Assembly: GCA_963702845.1 (NCBI GenBank)
Contig: OY969763.1
Location: 3,744,001 to 3,808,000 of the forward strand
Direction of reading: 5' to 3'
Length of the DNA: 64,000 nt
DNA from: an uncultured Verrucomicrobiae bacterium
GTDB lineage: Bacteria; Verrucomicrobiota; Verrucomicrobiia; Limisphaerales; Palsa-1400
This document shows, piece after piece, positions 40,809 through 50,813 of this stretch (position 1 is the first letter of the stretch; the number at the start of each line of letters is the position of its first letter). The translations under genes were made by a program, and so were the position numbers. The notes below the pieces were generated by a model. That model made no database searches and was not told where the DNA came from. It saw only the letters and a program-made list of their open reading frames with translations.

Positions 40809-42892
40809 ATGAAAATTGACTGGTTGCGTAAGCTGATTGTCACTTCCCTACTCATCGCACCTTTGTTCACCCGCGCTGACGGCACGGCTGTTTCAATCGT
40901 GAATCCCACGAACAACGCCTCGTTCACCAAACCGGTGAATGTGCTGTTGCAGGCATCGGTTACCACAAGTTCTGTTAGCAATAATATTTTGCGCGTGAAC
41001 TTTTACGCGGGGCCGTCCGTCAGCATAACGACGTTGATTGGTTCGCAAATGGCACCCGACGGGGCTGGCCTTTACGATGTGACATGGACCAATCCTCCGG
41101 CGGGGACCTATTCTATAAGCGCCGTGGCGGTTGATTTCCTGGAACATCGCGCAACTTCCGCGCCGGTGGTGGTCACGATTAAGTCGAACGTCGATTTGAT
41201 ACCAGTCATTACGGTAGTTGCGACTGACCCGGCCGCGTCGAAATCTGGAACCAACACCGGAACGTTCACGGTTTATCGCACAGGATCGACCAGTAACCCC
41301 CTGACGGCGTTTTATGGGATGAGCGGAACGGCGTCGAACGGCGTGGACTATACGACGCTAACCGGAACGGTGACGTTCAACGCTGGGGATGCGTCGGAAA
41401 ATATTTTGCTGCAGCCGCTGAATAATCCGTCCACGACCGTGGCATTGGCCGCGACCTTGGAATTGCATCAGCCACCGTTCGGCGCACCGACCACTTACAT
41501 TATTGGGGAGCCACACACGGCAACTGTTTACATAACGAATGATATCAATCCACCACCAACGAACATTCCTCCTTCGGTGCATATTTATACGCCGACGAAC
41601 AATTCCTCGTTTTTTGAGCCGGCGAATATCTTCATTGGCGCAGAAGCGGCCGATAAAGATGGTTATGTGAAGACCGTGGAGTTTTTTGAGAACGGCATTA
41701 GTCTCGGGGTGAAAACGAATAACCCGGCTTCGGCGAATTCGATCAATCCGTTTTATCTTTATTGGACGAACGTGCCAGCCGGTGCTTATGGTCTGACAGC
41801 TTTGGCAACGGACGATAAAGGAGCGACAACACTTTCCGCTCCTGTGCACGTGACGGTGACTCCCCCGCCTCCGCCGCCAACAAATTATCCGCCGGTGGTG
41901 CGGATTTCGAGTCCGGCAAATGGAGCGACTTATCACATGCCGGTAAATATTCCGGTTTACGTGTATGCATTTGATCGGGATGGGTCGATTGCGAGCGTGG
42001 AGATATTCGCAGGCACGAACGATTTGGGTGCGGCGCACCCGCCTTGTTACCTGACGCCGTCGCCGGGTGTCGAATGCCCAAGCAATTATTACACTTTGGT
42101 GTGGAGCAATGCGCTGCTTGGGACTTATCCGATAACTGCGGTGGGGACGGACAATGTGGGCGCAACCACGACTTCGGAACCGGTGAAGGTGACAATTCTG
42201 CCGCCACCACCACCGCCTTCGAATCATCCGCCGGTCGTCAATATCGTGGCCACTGACCCGATCGCAATTGAAGGCACGAATTGTTGGACCTGGGTCGCTC
42301 CGACGAATTCCACGACGACATGGTCGAACTGGATGTCGGGAGCTGCGTTGCCTTGCCGGGTCTACACGAATTGTGGGCCAAAGTCGGCGACGTTTGTGCT
42401 ACATCGCGACGGCAGCACCAACGGTAGCCTGACGGTGAATTATGAAATCGGCGGGACTGGCAGCAATGGCGTGGATTATGTCACGTTGCCGGGTAGCGTG
42501 ACTATCGACGCTGGTGAACGCAGCTCGATGATTACCGTTGTGCCGCTGGACGATGGTCCGCCGGACATTAATAGCACGGTGATTCTGAAAATTAAGTTGT
42601 CCACGAATTACACGATTGGAACACCCGCAACGGGCGGCAGCGTATATTTTGGATCGGCCTCAACTCGAGCGCGACGAGCGAGGTTACGCTCGACCGTTGC
42701 TTCCATTTGAAAGCCGACGGTCCGGACGGCGCATGGTTCCATATAGATTACGCAACGGATCTGGCAAATTGGATTCCGCTATGCACAAACCAAGTGGTGA
42801 ATGGGTCAATCGACTTTATTGATCCAGATGCGCAAGGTAATCAATTGCGATATTATCGCGCGGTGCCGCAGGATGCTCCGCCGACGCAATAA
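40809..42892 (+). CDS. Secreted Ig-like/Calx-beta repeat protein; about two frameshifts at 42620-42700
   Basis: Three Ig-like repeats (A.D.DG....VEF...W.N...G.Y..TA.A.D), two GTASNGVDY Calx-beta units; C-terminus TDLANW...RYYRAV in another frame. Confidence 0.85.
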
Positions 42893-42911
42893 GTAATCCG
42901 GTTTCGAAACA

Positions 42912-42948
42912 AAAAGGCCCAGAAAACGGATAGTTCTCCGGGCCTTTA
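42912..42948. terminator. Bidirectional terminator between convergent genes
   Basis: aaaggccc...gggccttt stem with A/T flanks. Confidence 0.65.
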
Positions 42949-42964
42949 TATTTAAAATTGAAAA

Positions 42965-43936
42965 TTAATCCGGATAACCGGTCGGATGTTTCCGATGCCA
43001 TTCCCAGGCGGTCCCGATAATTTGGTCGATTTTCGGATACTTCGGTTTCCAACCCAATTCGCCCATTGCTTTTCCGGCTGAGGCGATCAGGCGCGGTGGG
43101 TCACCGGGACGGCGCGGTTTTTCGATCGTTTTAATTTTTTTGCCGGTCACCTTCTCGCATGTTTCGATGACCTGACGGACAGAATAACCGTCGCCGTTTC
43201 CGAGGTTGTAAAATCCTTGTTTGCCCGCTTCGAGCGCCTGGATGTGGGCCTGCGCGAGGTCAATGATGTGAATGTAATCGCGAATGCAGGTGCCGTCGGG
43301 CGTCGGATAATCTGTGCCGTAAATGTCGCAATGTGTCGCCTGGCCAAGCGCGACTTTGAGCACGTTCGGAATCAGGTGCGTTTCGATGCGATGATGTTCG
43401 CCAAATTGTTCGCTGGCGCCAGCGGCGTTGAAGTAACGGAATGCGACGAATTCCAAACCGAAAATTTCATGATACCATTTGAGGATTTTTTCGAACATCA
43501 ACTTCGATTCGCCGTAAGGATTAATCGGACGTTGCGGCAAATCTTCGGTCATCGGAATTTTATCCGGGGGGCCATAGGTCGCGCAGGTTGAGCTGAAGAC
43601 GAATTTTTTGACGTCGGCGGCGCGGGCGGCTTCGAGGAGTTTCAAACCGTTGCAGACGTTGTTGCGAAAATACTTTGCCGGATCCGTCATCGACTCGCCG
43701 ACAAGTGCGTTCGCCGCAAAATGAATGATGGCTTGAGGCTTCGCATCGCGGACGGCTTCGTTGATGTTGTCTTTGTCGCCAAGGCGCGCGTGAATAAAGA
43801 CCGCACGCGTGTCAACAGCAGAGCGGTGCCCCTCGGTTAAGTTGTCGTAAACGGTGACGTCATGGCCTGCGTTGAGCAATTCTTCGACGCAAACCGAACC
43901 GATATACCCTGCTCCGCCGGTGACAAATACATTCAT
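42965..43936 (-). CDS. galE: UDP-glucose 4-epimerase
   Basis: TGGAGYIGS, FSSTCATYG, YGESK, RYFNAAGA, RDYIH. Confidence 0.95.
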   Translation of the reverse strand: MNVFVTGGAGYIGSVCVEELLNAGHDVTVYDNLTEGHRSAVDTRAVFIHARLGDKDNINEAVRDAKPQAIIHFAANALVGESMTDPAKYFRNNVCNGLKLLEAARAADVKKFVFSSTCATYGPPDKIPMTEDLPQRPINPYGESKLMFEKILKWYHEIFGLEFVAFRYFNAAGASEQFGEHHRIETHLIPNVLKVALGQATHCDIYGTDYPTPDGTCIRDYIHIIDLAQAHIQALEAGKQGFYNLGNGDGYSVRQVIETCEKVTGKKIKTIEKPRRPGDPPRLIASAGKAMGELGWKPKYPKIDQIIGTAWEWHRKHPTGYPD

Positions 43937-44056
43937 GTCGTCGTAACGGTAACTCTGGTTTTCCAAGCTCACAACGTGAAAAGTTTCTCAGGGGAAAACT
44001 GAGTTATGTGGAAATAACTTTTGCGCTGCGGAGATGATTCGTTACATTCCAGCGAC

Positions 44057-45893
44057 GTGGCAGAGGAGTCACATAACACAAAACCGAAGTCGTTTCTGCC
44101 GAAGACCGGATCGGTAGGTTATTATATTCTTCTCGCGGCTGTTGCCATTTTCATCCTTGGACCACTGGGCGGCATTTCGGCCGCTTATATGAATTTTTCG
44201 CTGGGGTTCTTTGTCGGCGGACAAGTTCTGGCTGGAATTTTGGGGAGCGTCGTGACTTATGGATACGGGAGCGAAGGCAAACATGGCGCGAACTATATCC
44301 AGACGATGGCGGCGTCGGTTGCAGGCATGTCAGGGATGGCGGTATTGGTTCAAGCGATGGTTTGGCTTGGCCTGCCACAGCCGCCGATGTGGAAGTTGAT
44401 TTTGTATTTCACTTGCATCGGCATGTTCGGCGTTGGCGTTGGAATGTTTTATACGCCCATTCTGGTGGATCGGATGCAGTTGATGTTTCCGTCGGGGCTC
44501 GCGGTGGCCAACATCTTGCGCGCGCTCACTGACAAGGCCTTGTTGCGCCGATCGGTTTTAAAACTCGGCAGCGGCACAGGCGGAGGTTTGTTGGGTGGAT
44601 TGCTCCCTTTTCTAGCCGGCAAAATGCAACAAGCGCCCTTTCCGCAAGTCGCCGGTTGGCTCGATAACAATGGTTTCTCGGCGTCGAACGTCGGCGCAGG
44701 AATGATTGTTGGGGCGCGTATCACGATTCCTGCGGTTGTGGTGGCGCTAATTGGATATTGGGCTACGCCATGGTTGCGCTCGATTGGCTGGCTCGGGCCC
44801 GACGATCCGTTCCGGAGAATCGGATTTATTCTGGCGCTGGGAACGATTCTTGGCGCGGCAATTGTCGATCTGCTGCTGATTGCGTTTAAGGCCGTGCAAC
44901 GTTTCCGCGAAAAGCATGCCGCTCCGCCGACAGAGGATTGGAAAAAGGTTAATCAATGGATGCTGCTGAGCTGGGTTGTGTTTTGGGCGGCGGCAACGAC
45001 GTTCGTCGCGTCGCAACTTCTCGGACAGCCGATCGGGTATGTATTATTCGCGATTGCGCTCGTGTTCCTGTTCCTGATGATTAACGGGATTTCCCAGGGC
45101 ATCTCCGACAGCAATCCGATTTCCAGCGCATTCGTCGTATCGGTGATTTTGATGGGATTGCTCGGACTGAAAGATCGCGGGCACGGGACTGATGTGTGCT
45201 TCAATCCTGTTCATTTCATGCAGTGCCGGTGTGGACATGCAGCAGGATCGTTCGACAGGCTGGCGACTCGGGACTAATCGCGTCATTCAATTTAGGTTCC
45301 AGGTTGTCGGGATTGTGATGGGAGCGATTATGTCGGTAGTGCTGGCGCGGGTGTTCATGCAGTCGTATCCGGTGCTGACGGTCAATAGTTTTGCGCATCC
45401 GAATCCAGCCAGGCGGCGAGAAATGGCAATCGGCGATGACTTACAAATTTGTCGGCGCGCTGCAAGGGTTGCAGCATCCAAAAGCGTTCGTCATGTATGC
45501 GCTGTTGATCGGGATTGGTGCGGGAATCCTGATCGAATTCCTCCGCAAAGTGATTCGCAGTAATGAGGGCTATCGACAGTTCGCTCAAGGATCGCCCGCG
45601 GGCAAAGTCACCGACTTTATTCTCGATGCCATCGTTTTGCCGAGCCCGTATGCGTCGTCGTTCGGCGGGTTTGTCGAACTCGGAGCTTCGTTATGGTTCG
45701 GGCTGGGCGGCGTCGTTACCGATTCGCTCGAAGGATTTTTCAGATGGAGCGACCGACACAAGCCCCGGCCAGCCGAAGGTGAAGTTCCATCGGACATGAG
45801 CACGACTTCGCTTGTCGGCGGCGGATTGATTGCGGGCGACTCGTTGGCGGCTCTCGCCATCGGTATCTATGGCTTGTTCGAACGCTGCTCTGA
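44057..45893 (+). CDS. OPT/YSL family oligopeptide transporter; frameshifts near 45180, 45410 and 45880
   Basis: NYIQT.A, FPSGLAVA, DMQQDRSTG, GGGLIAGDSL distributed over successive frames. Confidence 0.82.
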
Positions 45894-48095
45894 TTACGGA
45901 GTCTGCTTGGGCGCTTTTATTACATCGCCTTTTGTTGCCTCACCGGCTTGCGACGTTTTGCCGACTCCGATCTTCTTCAGGAACGGCTGGATCGACTCTT
46001 TGCGTCCGAGGAATTTCTCGATGGAAATGTTCACGTCGCGCGAGTCGCCCTGCGCGTAGATTTCGTCGCGAAGACGCATGCCGACATCTTTGTCGAAATA
46101 GCCGTCGGGTGCTTTTTCGAAAACGCTAGCCATGTCGGAGGCGATGGCGTCGGCCCAGGCGTAACCATAATAACCTGCGGCGTAGCCCATCAGGTGACCG
46201 AAGTAGGCGACGAATGCGGTGTCCGGCGGCTCGGGTAAAAAGACTTCGCCTTCGATGCGGTTGGACATGGGCACGACCTGGTCCTTGTTGTCCTCATGGA
46301 TGCGCGTGTGCAGCGCGAGGTCAACGAGGCCGAACGCGAGTTGGCGACGATAGAACGTGCCTTCGGTCGCCATGCGCGCTTCTTTCAGTTTGTCGAGAAT
46401 CGCGGCCGGAATTTTTTTCGACGGGTCACGGTAATCGGCCGCGAAACTGTCCAAAACTTTTTTGTCCCAAACCCAGTTCTCAAGCATTTGCGACGGGGCT
46501 TCGACGAAGTCGCGAGGGACGCTGGTGCCGGCGAAACGGGAGTAGTTGGCGCGCGTCAGGATGGAATGCATGGCGTGGCCGAATTCGTGGAAGATCGTTT
46601 CGACGTCGCGATGTGACATGAGCGAGGGCTTGTCGCCAGAGGGCGATGGGAAGTTGCAAATCAAGGCGACGGTTGGGCGCTGATATAGCCCATTCTCGAG
46701 TTGTTTACCTTCAATGATTCCAAACTGGGCGAAGTGGTTGTATTTGCCTTCGCGCGGGAACATATCGAGGTAAAACAGGCCGAGGGGCTCGCCGGTTTTG
46801 GCGTCGCGGACTCCGTAGAGTTGTAAATCGCCGATCCATTTATACGGCGGCGTCAGCACATCGAATTTCAGACCAAAGATTCTCTGGTAAATGCTGAACA
46901 TACCGTCGACAACGTGTTGGTATGGGAAATAAACTTTAAGCTGTTCAGCATCGATATTGTATTTCTGTTTCTTGAGTTGATTGCTGTAATAGCGCCAATC
47001 CCAGAGGTTGATCTTCGCGTTTTGGTCACCGGTTTCTTTGACTTTCATCGCGCGGAATTCGGCCATCTCAGCGTCGAACTTGGGCTGCAGACCTGTTTTC
47101 AACTTCTCCAAAAAGTCTTCAGCGGTCTTGGCGTTTTTAACCATTTTCGTTTCGGTTTCGTAATCGGCGTAGGTTTTGTAGCCGAGCTTGTGGGCGATGT
47201 CGTCGCGCAGGACTATAATCTGTTGCAGCAACGGAACGTTTTCTTTGCGGGCCAGGTTGTCACGTGCGGTTTCGAGCCTCAGGCGGGTAGCTTCGACTTT
47301 GCAGTTGTCGAGCACGGTTGTGTAGTGCCACGTGATATTCGCCATGACGGCATAGGTCTCATTGCTCTGATTCACGCCCGGCGAATTCAGGAAATCTTCA
47401 GGGACACCGTCGAGTTCGGCTTTGGTGAAGACGATCTTCTTTTGAGCTTTGGTGACGTTGCTCTCGAAATCGGTGGTCAGGCCCGAGAGCTTCTTGCGCA
47501 ATTTCTCCACTTCATCGCGTTGGGGCTTCGGCAATTCCAAACCGGCACGGCGATAATCGCGCATCGTCTCTTTCAGGAGCTTGTTATCTTCGCCTTTGAG
47601 CGTGGGGTGCGTGTCGGCGTAGGCTTTGACTGCTTTATAGACGTCTTCGCGATAGTCGAGGCCGACCATCCACTCTTCGAGGACTTTGATCTGATCCGTT
47701 GCGGCATCGCGAACGGCGGCGTCGGTGCTGGTTTCTTTAATCAGCGACAGGCGATTGGCGGCAGTGCCGATGTCGTAGCCGAGGTCGTCCAAGGCGCGGA
47801 TGGTGTTCTGGAAATTGGCCTCGCCAGGCTGGAGCTTGCCGATTTTGTCCAGCTCTGCGTTGGCGATGTCCATCGTGTGCTTCACCGTGGTGGCGATGGC
47901 GTTTGAGCTCGTCTCGAATTTCGGGACGCTGATAATGGAGTGGAATTGTTTGGCGGCTTTTTCGTAGTTGGCCAAGGTCGGATGTTCTTCCGACGCGAGA
48001 ATGGATTTTGATTCCTGGGCACCGACCATAGAGGTAAAGCAAAGCAGAGCAGCGAGTCCGCATCCGGACCGGCTCAACAATTGTCGTAGTGTCAT
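45894..48095 (-). CDS. M3A family (thimet-type) oligopeptidase with signal peptide
   Basis: FHEFGHAMH, DFVEAPSQMLENW, GYAAGYYGY; ATG 48095. Confidence 0.93.
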   Translation of the reverse strand: MTLRQLLSRSGCGLAALLCFTSMVGAQESKSILASEEHPTLANYEKAAKQFHSIISVPKFETSSNAIATTVKHTMDIANAELDKIGKLQPGEANFQNTIRALDDLGYDIGTAANRLSLIKETSTDAAVRDAATDQIKVLEEWMVGLDYREDVYKAVKAYADTHPTLKGEDNKLLKETMRDYRRAGLELPKPQRDEVEKLRKKLSGLTTDFESNVTKAQKKIVFTKAELDGVPEDFLNSPGVNQSNETYAVMANITWHYTTVLDNCKVEATRLRLETARDNLARKENVPLLQQIIVLRDDIAHKLGYKTYADYETETKMVKNAKTAEDFLEKLKTGLQPKFDAEMAEFRAMKVKETGDQNAKINLWDWRYYSNQLKKQKYNIDAEQLKVYFPYQHVVDGMFSIYQRIFGLKFDVLTPPYKWIGDLQLYGVRDAKTGEPLGLFYLDMFPREGKYNHFAQFGIIEGKQLENGLYQRPTVALICNFPSPSGDKPSLMSHRDVETIFHEFGHAMHSILTRANYSRFAGTSVPRDFVEAPSQMLENWVWDKKVLDSFAADYRDPSKKIPAAILDKLKEARMATEGTFYRRQLAFGLVDLALHTRIHEDNKDQVVPMSNRIEGEVFLPEPPDTAFVAYFGHLMGYAAGYYGYAWADAIASDMASVFEKAPDGYFDKDVGMRLRDEIYAQGDSRDVNISIEKFLGRKESIQPFLKKIGVGKTSQAGEATKGDVIKAPKQTP

Positions 48096-48190
48096 AGGCG
48101 AAAGGATTAAGCTAAATAATAGTTTACGCAAGTGGGACAGGGCCTGAGGGCAGAGCGTTCGAACTAAGGTGAGCTTACCCAAGCAAACAA

Positions 48191-48233
48191 CCTCCCCTCC
48201 CCGGCCCCCTCCTCCAGAGGCGGAGAGGGAGAA
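48191..48233. repeat. CCCTCTCC/GGAGAGGG-class palindromic repeat
   Basis: cctcccctccccggccccctcctccagaggcggagagggagaa. Confidence 0.7.
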
Positions 48234-48240
48234 AAGCGGA

Positions 48241-48750
48241 AAAAAACTACTGCGACTAGGCGCGACCCAGTGCGACTAGGCGCGACCCAGTGCGACTAGG
48301 CGCGACCCAGTGCGACTGGGTGCGACCAGGTGCGACAAACCGATGAGTAGTCGCACCCGAGTCGCAGTTGGGTCGCAGCACCAGTTGAGGGCCGGAAAAA
48401 ACAGTTTTGGTTACCGTTACCTTCGGTTGGTTACCGTTGGTTACCGGGGTCGTCAGTTCGCGCGAAGAGGATTGAGCTGTAACGGCTAAACAATCTTTTA
48501 TTTTGCCGTTAGGAAGTGTTAGCGGGCGATAGCAGGTGTTAGATAACGTTAACGGATTCCACGGCAAAAGGCCGATCAGTGGAGCGGGAATTAAAGGATT
48601 CCTTATTTTTGTGTCAGAAGGTGTCCGAAGGTGACATGTAACGTCGAATGAGTTAACCGCTGAATACGCAGATGGCGCGGAAGGGGGCGGGAAAAAAATG
48701 ATTTTTTTTAAAATCGATATTAACCGGTACAACTCGATACTGCCCGGTAC
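48241..48750 (-). repeat. Five distinct 10-bp-period repeat blocks, each bounded by an A/T tract (locus B)
   Basis: Plus-strand cores: GCGAC x9 (48251-48336, with 3 inverted copies 48350-48377), GTTAC (48409-48446), GTTA (48507-48552), GTG(T/A)C (48611-48635), G(A/G)TA (48716-48750). Confidence 0.85.
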
Positions 48751-48917
48751 GTGTGAGCAAAGGACGCAGAATAAAGCATGAAAGATGAAGTTGAGATAGC
48801 GCCGAAACGGTGAGGATTGACGGGCACACCGCTGGCGTCCGCCTTTGCGCGGCTACGGCGCGACAAGCGAGATTTGTTCGCGGTTTTGTTGCGGGTCGCA
48901 TAGCTGTAAATTTCAGA

Positions 48918-49026
48918 TTTCAAAGATCGCGCTTTAGCGATTCAATTCAGGGCTTCGGAAAGACCTTCTATTGATTCCTACCCAAGTAGGGGTGAAGGAG
49001 TTTACTATAACGTTGCTGTATGTCAA
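48918..49026 (-). promoter_or_regulatory. Stable-RNA-type promoter, hairpin and boxA-like element (locus B)
   Basis: TTGACA 49026-21, 16 bp, TAAACT 49004-48999, hairpin 48977-90, CGATCTTTGAAA 48929-18. Confidence 0.6.
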
Positions 49027-49129
49027 CTATTGAAGCAACGCGTATCCGTCAGCTTGGCCATCGGCCCCGAAAGCGGGAAATCGCTGATTAGTTGTCGATA
49101 CTCAGAACCGACCCGTTTTACGATCTCAA

Positions 49130-49748
49130 TATGTGCTGAACTGTGACGTCGCCCCGCCGTCCGCTGAGGTGACCTCGTTAGCCTTCAGGTCAATAAATCT
49201 CATAAATTCTGTCCGTCACTCGGTTGTAACTGTCGTAATGGTTGCCAGACACACCACCACGAGCTGGCTGTGGCCGATAGCTCGCTGCATTGGTGGCGCA
49301 AACTACCTCAAGCCCAAAATACGGGGTTGAGTGTCCACCAGTCGAATGCATACCGAAAATCCTAATGCGCACAACCACAACCTGAGGCTCATCCTTGAAT
49401 TCTCGCGATAGGGTCGGTGAGTAGTAACGCACCTCCCGCGGCTGGAGTGCTGCCAGTGATGGTGGCAGCGCGTTCGTCGCGCCACGATACCAGTCAAATG
49501 CGCTGTCTCGATGCTGCTCCACGAGTGCATCACACTCTTTTTGTAAAGCGGCCCAACCATCTGCTGACTGAACTCGCTTGATGACCTTCTGTCGCTGCGT
49601 GCGTCGCTCAAGCCAATCTGGTGGCCACGAGTTGAGCAACGACGGCAAGATGAAATAGAGAACGAACAAACCCACCGGTATCCAGAGAATGGAAGGCGAA
49701 CTCTTTTTAGGTGGTAGTAAATCTGCCATGCGCGTAGTGCAGGCTAAC
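49130..49748 (-). mobile_element. Orphan integron-type gene cassette with partial attC
   Basis: GTTAGCCT 11 nt before the ATG and complementary AGGCTAAC 5 nt after the stop, followed by attC-like left arm. Confidence 0.6.
49190..49729 (-). CDS. Hypothetical protein with N-terminal TM helix (cassette ORF)
   Basis: ATG 49729; ILWIPVGLFVLYFIL; no recognised family. Confidence 0.75.
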   Translation of the reverse strand: MADLLPPKKSSPSILWIPVGLFVLYFILPSLLNSWPPDWLERRTQRQKVIKRVQSADGWAALQKECDALVEQHRDSAFDWYRGATNALPPSLAALQPREVRYYSPTLSREFKDEPQVVVVRIRIFGMHSTGGHSTPYFGLEVVCATNAASYRPQPARGGVSGNHYDSYNRVTDRIYEIY

Positions 49749-49840
49749 AATTAATCTGCGCCAACTGTTCGCATAGTTTTAATCCGCGACCAAGGGTTTT
49801 AAAGGTGGCGCGCAGGTTTGGCGCGAGCAGTAATGGTGGC

Positions 49841-50001
49841 AGCTCCGTTAGGAGCGTCATGCTTATAGAAACCGGATTACAAGATATACCAAGCTCCGTA
49901 GCAGCGGCATGAAGGCGGTGGCGATTCTGCAACGTGCCGCTCCTACGGAGCTTGGTTGTTCTTGGTTGATCTACTATAGACATGGCGCTCCTAACGGAGC
50001 T
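49841..50001. repeat. Nested inverted repeat (MITE/REPIN-like), 161 bp
   Basis: agctccgttaggagcg..catg / catg..cgctcctaacggagct outer pair; aagctccgtag.agcggca / tgccgct.ctacggagctt inner pair. Confidence 0.8.
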
Positions 50002-50002
50002 A

Positions 50003-50134
50003 GGCAGCGAAACTTCTTCCGCAGTCACCGAGCCCCTTTCCGTGACCACCCAAACGCTTTCCGCGACCATGACAACCCTCTCCGCAGGCACGGGAACTTC
50101 TGCCGTGGTCACTCCCGTCCTTTCCGCTGTCACC
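50003..50134. repeat. Degenerate 21-bp tandem repeat, about 6 units
   Basis: Units mostly begin (g/a)ncac and end ccg(c/t)n at a 21-bp period. Confidence 0.7.
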
Positions 50135-50201
50135 AAGTGAGCGGCGTGGGTTTTTTAATATACAATGGAGTGGTTGCTGCCCAATAGTTGCCGAGAACCG
50201 T

Positions 50202-50552
50202 ATGTTGAATTGGCTAAAGAAAATCACAGGGCCGAAAGAGAAATGGCTGCGATTGCAGCAAATGCCTGGGACGCCATTCCCTTTTCCTAAAGGCGCAAAG
50301 TTGAGGCCAGAGGAGGAAGTGGTTTTAGCTCTTCCAAAAGCGCTGATCGCAGACAATGAGACGATTGGATCCGTTTTACTATGTGACAATGACGCTGGGT
50401 TCACCATCAACGATGAGGCGGGGGCTTTATACGTCAAACTCAAACCTGGGATGACATTCTCGCTCTCAAAATCGTGCGAAATTATGGTGATAACCGAAGA
50501 TCGTCGCCCGCGCTTTTTCCAATACATGGCACCAGACAAAAGGATTACTTAA
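50202..50552 (+). CDS. Hypothetical protein
   Basis: ATG-started 116 aa ORF with typical globular composition. Confidence 0.65.
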   Translation: MLNWLKKITGPKEKWLRLQQMPGTPFPFPKGAKLRPEEEVVLALPKALIADNETIGSVLLCDNDAGFTINDEAGALYVKLKPGMTFSLSKSCEIMVITEDRRPRFFQYMAPDKRIT

Positions 50553-50813
50553 GCGATTCCCGCTTTGCGGCTTGAAGTTTAACCCATCCGGTTACCTGCG
50601 AATCGAGACGCGCCATGTTCTTTGCGCCGACGTGGCAGATGTCGGACGTGCCCAAAACTGACCAGCTTACGGCGTTGTTCATCCCAGAGCCGAAACGTGA
50701 AGGACTTTAAGCTTCCCCAAAAGGTGACCGGCTTGACGCTTACACGGACCTACACGAACGAGCACGGATTACAAAATGCTGTATCGGCCCATGCACAAGG
50801 ACCTTGTTCCAGT

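Noticed and set aside
48241..48750. CRISPR array
   Set aside because: 10-bp tandem units, no constant 23-47 bp repeat with unique spacers, no cas genes in the window
48256..48923. ORFs 48256-48732, 48653-48901 and 48720-48923 as proteins
   Set aside because: Translations simply read through repeats; a short leader peptide from ATG 48901 cannot be fully excluded
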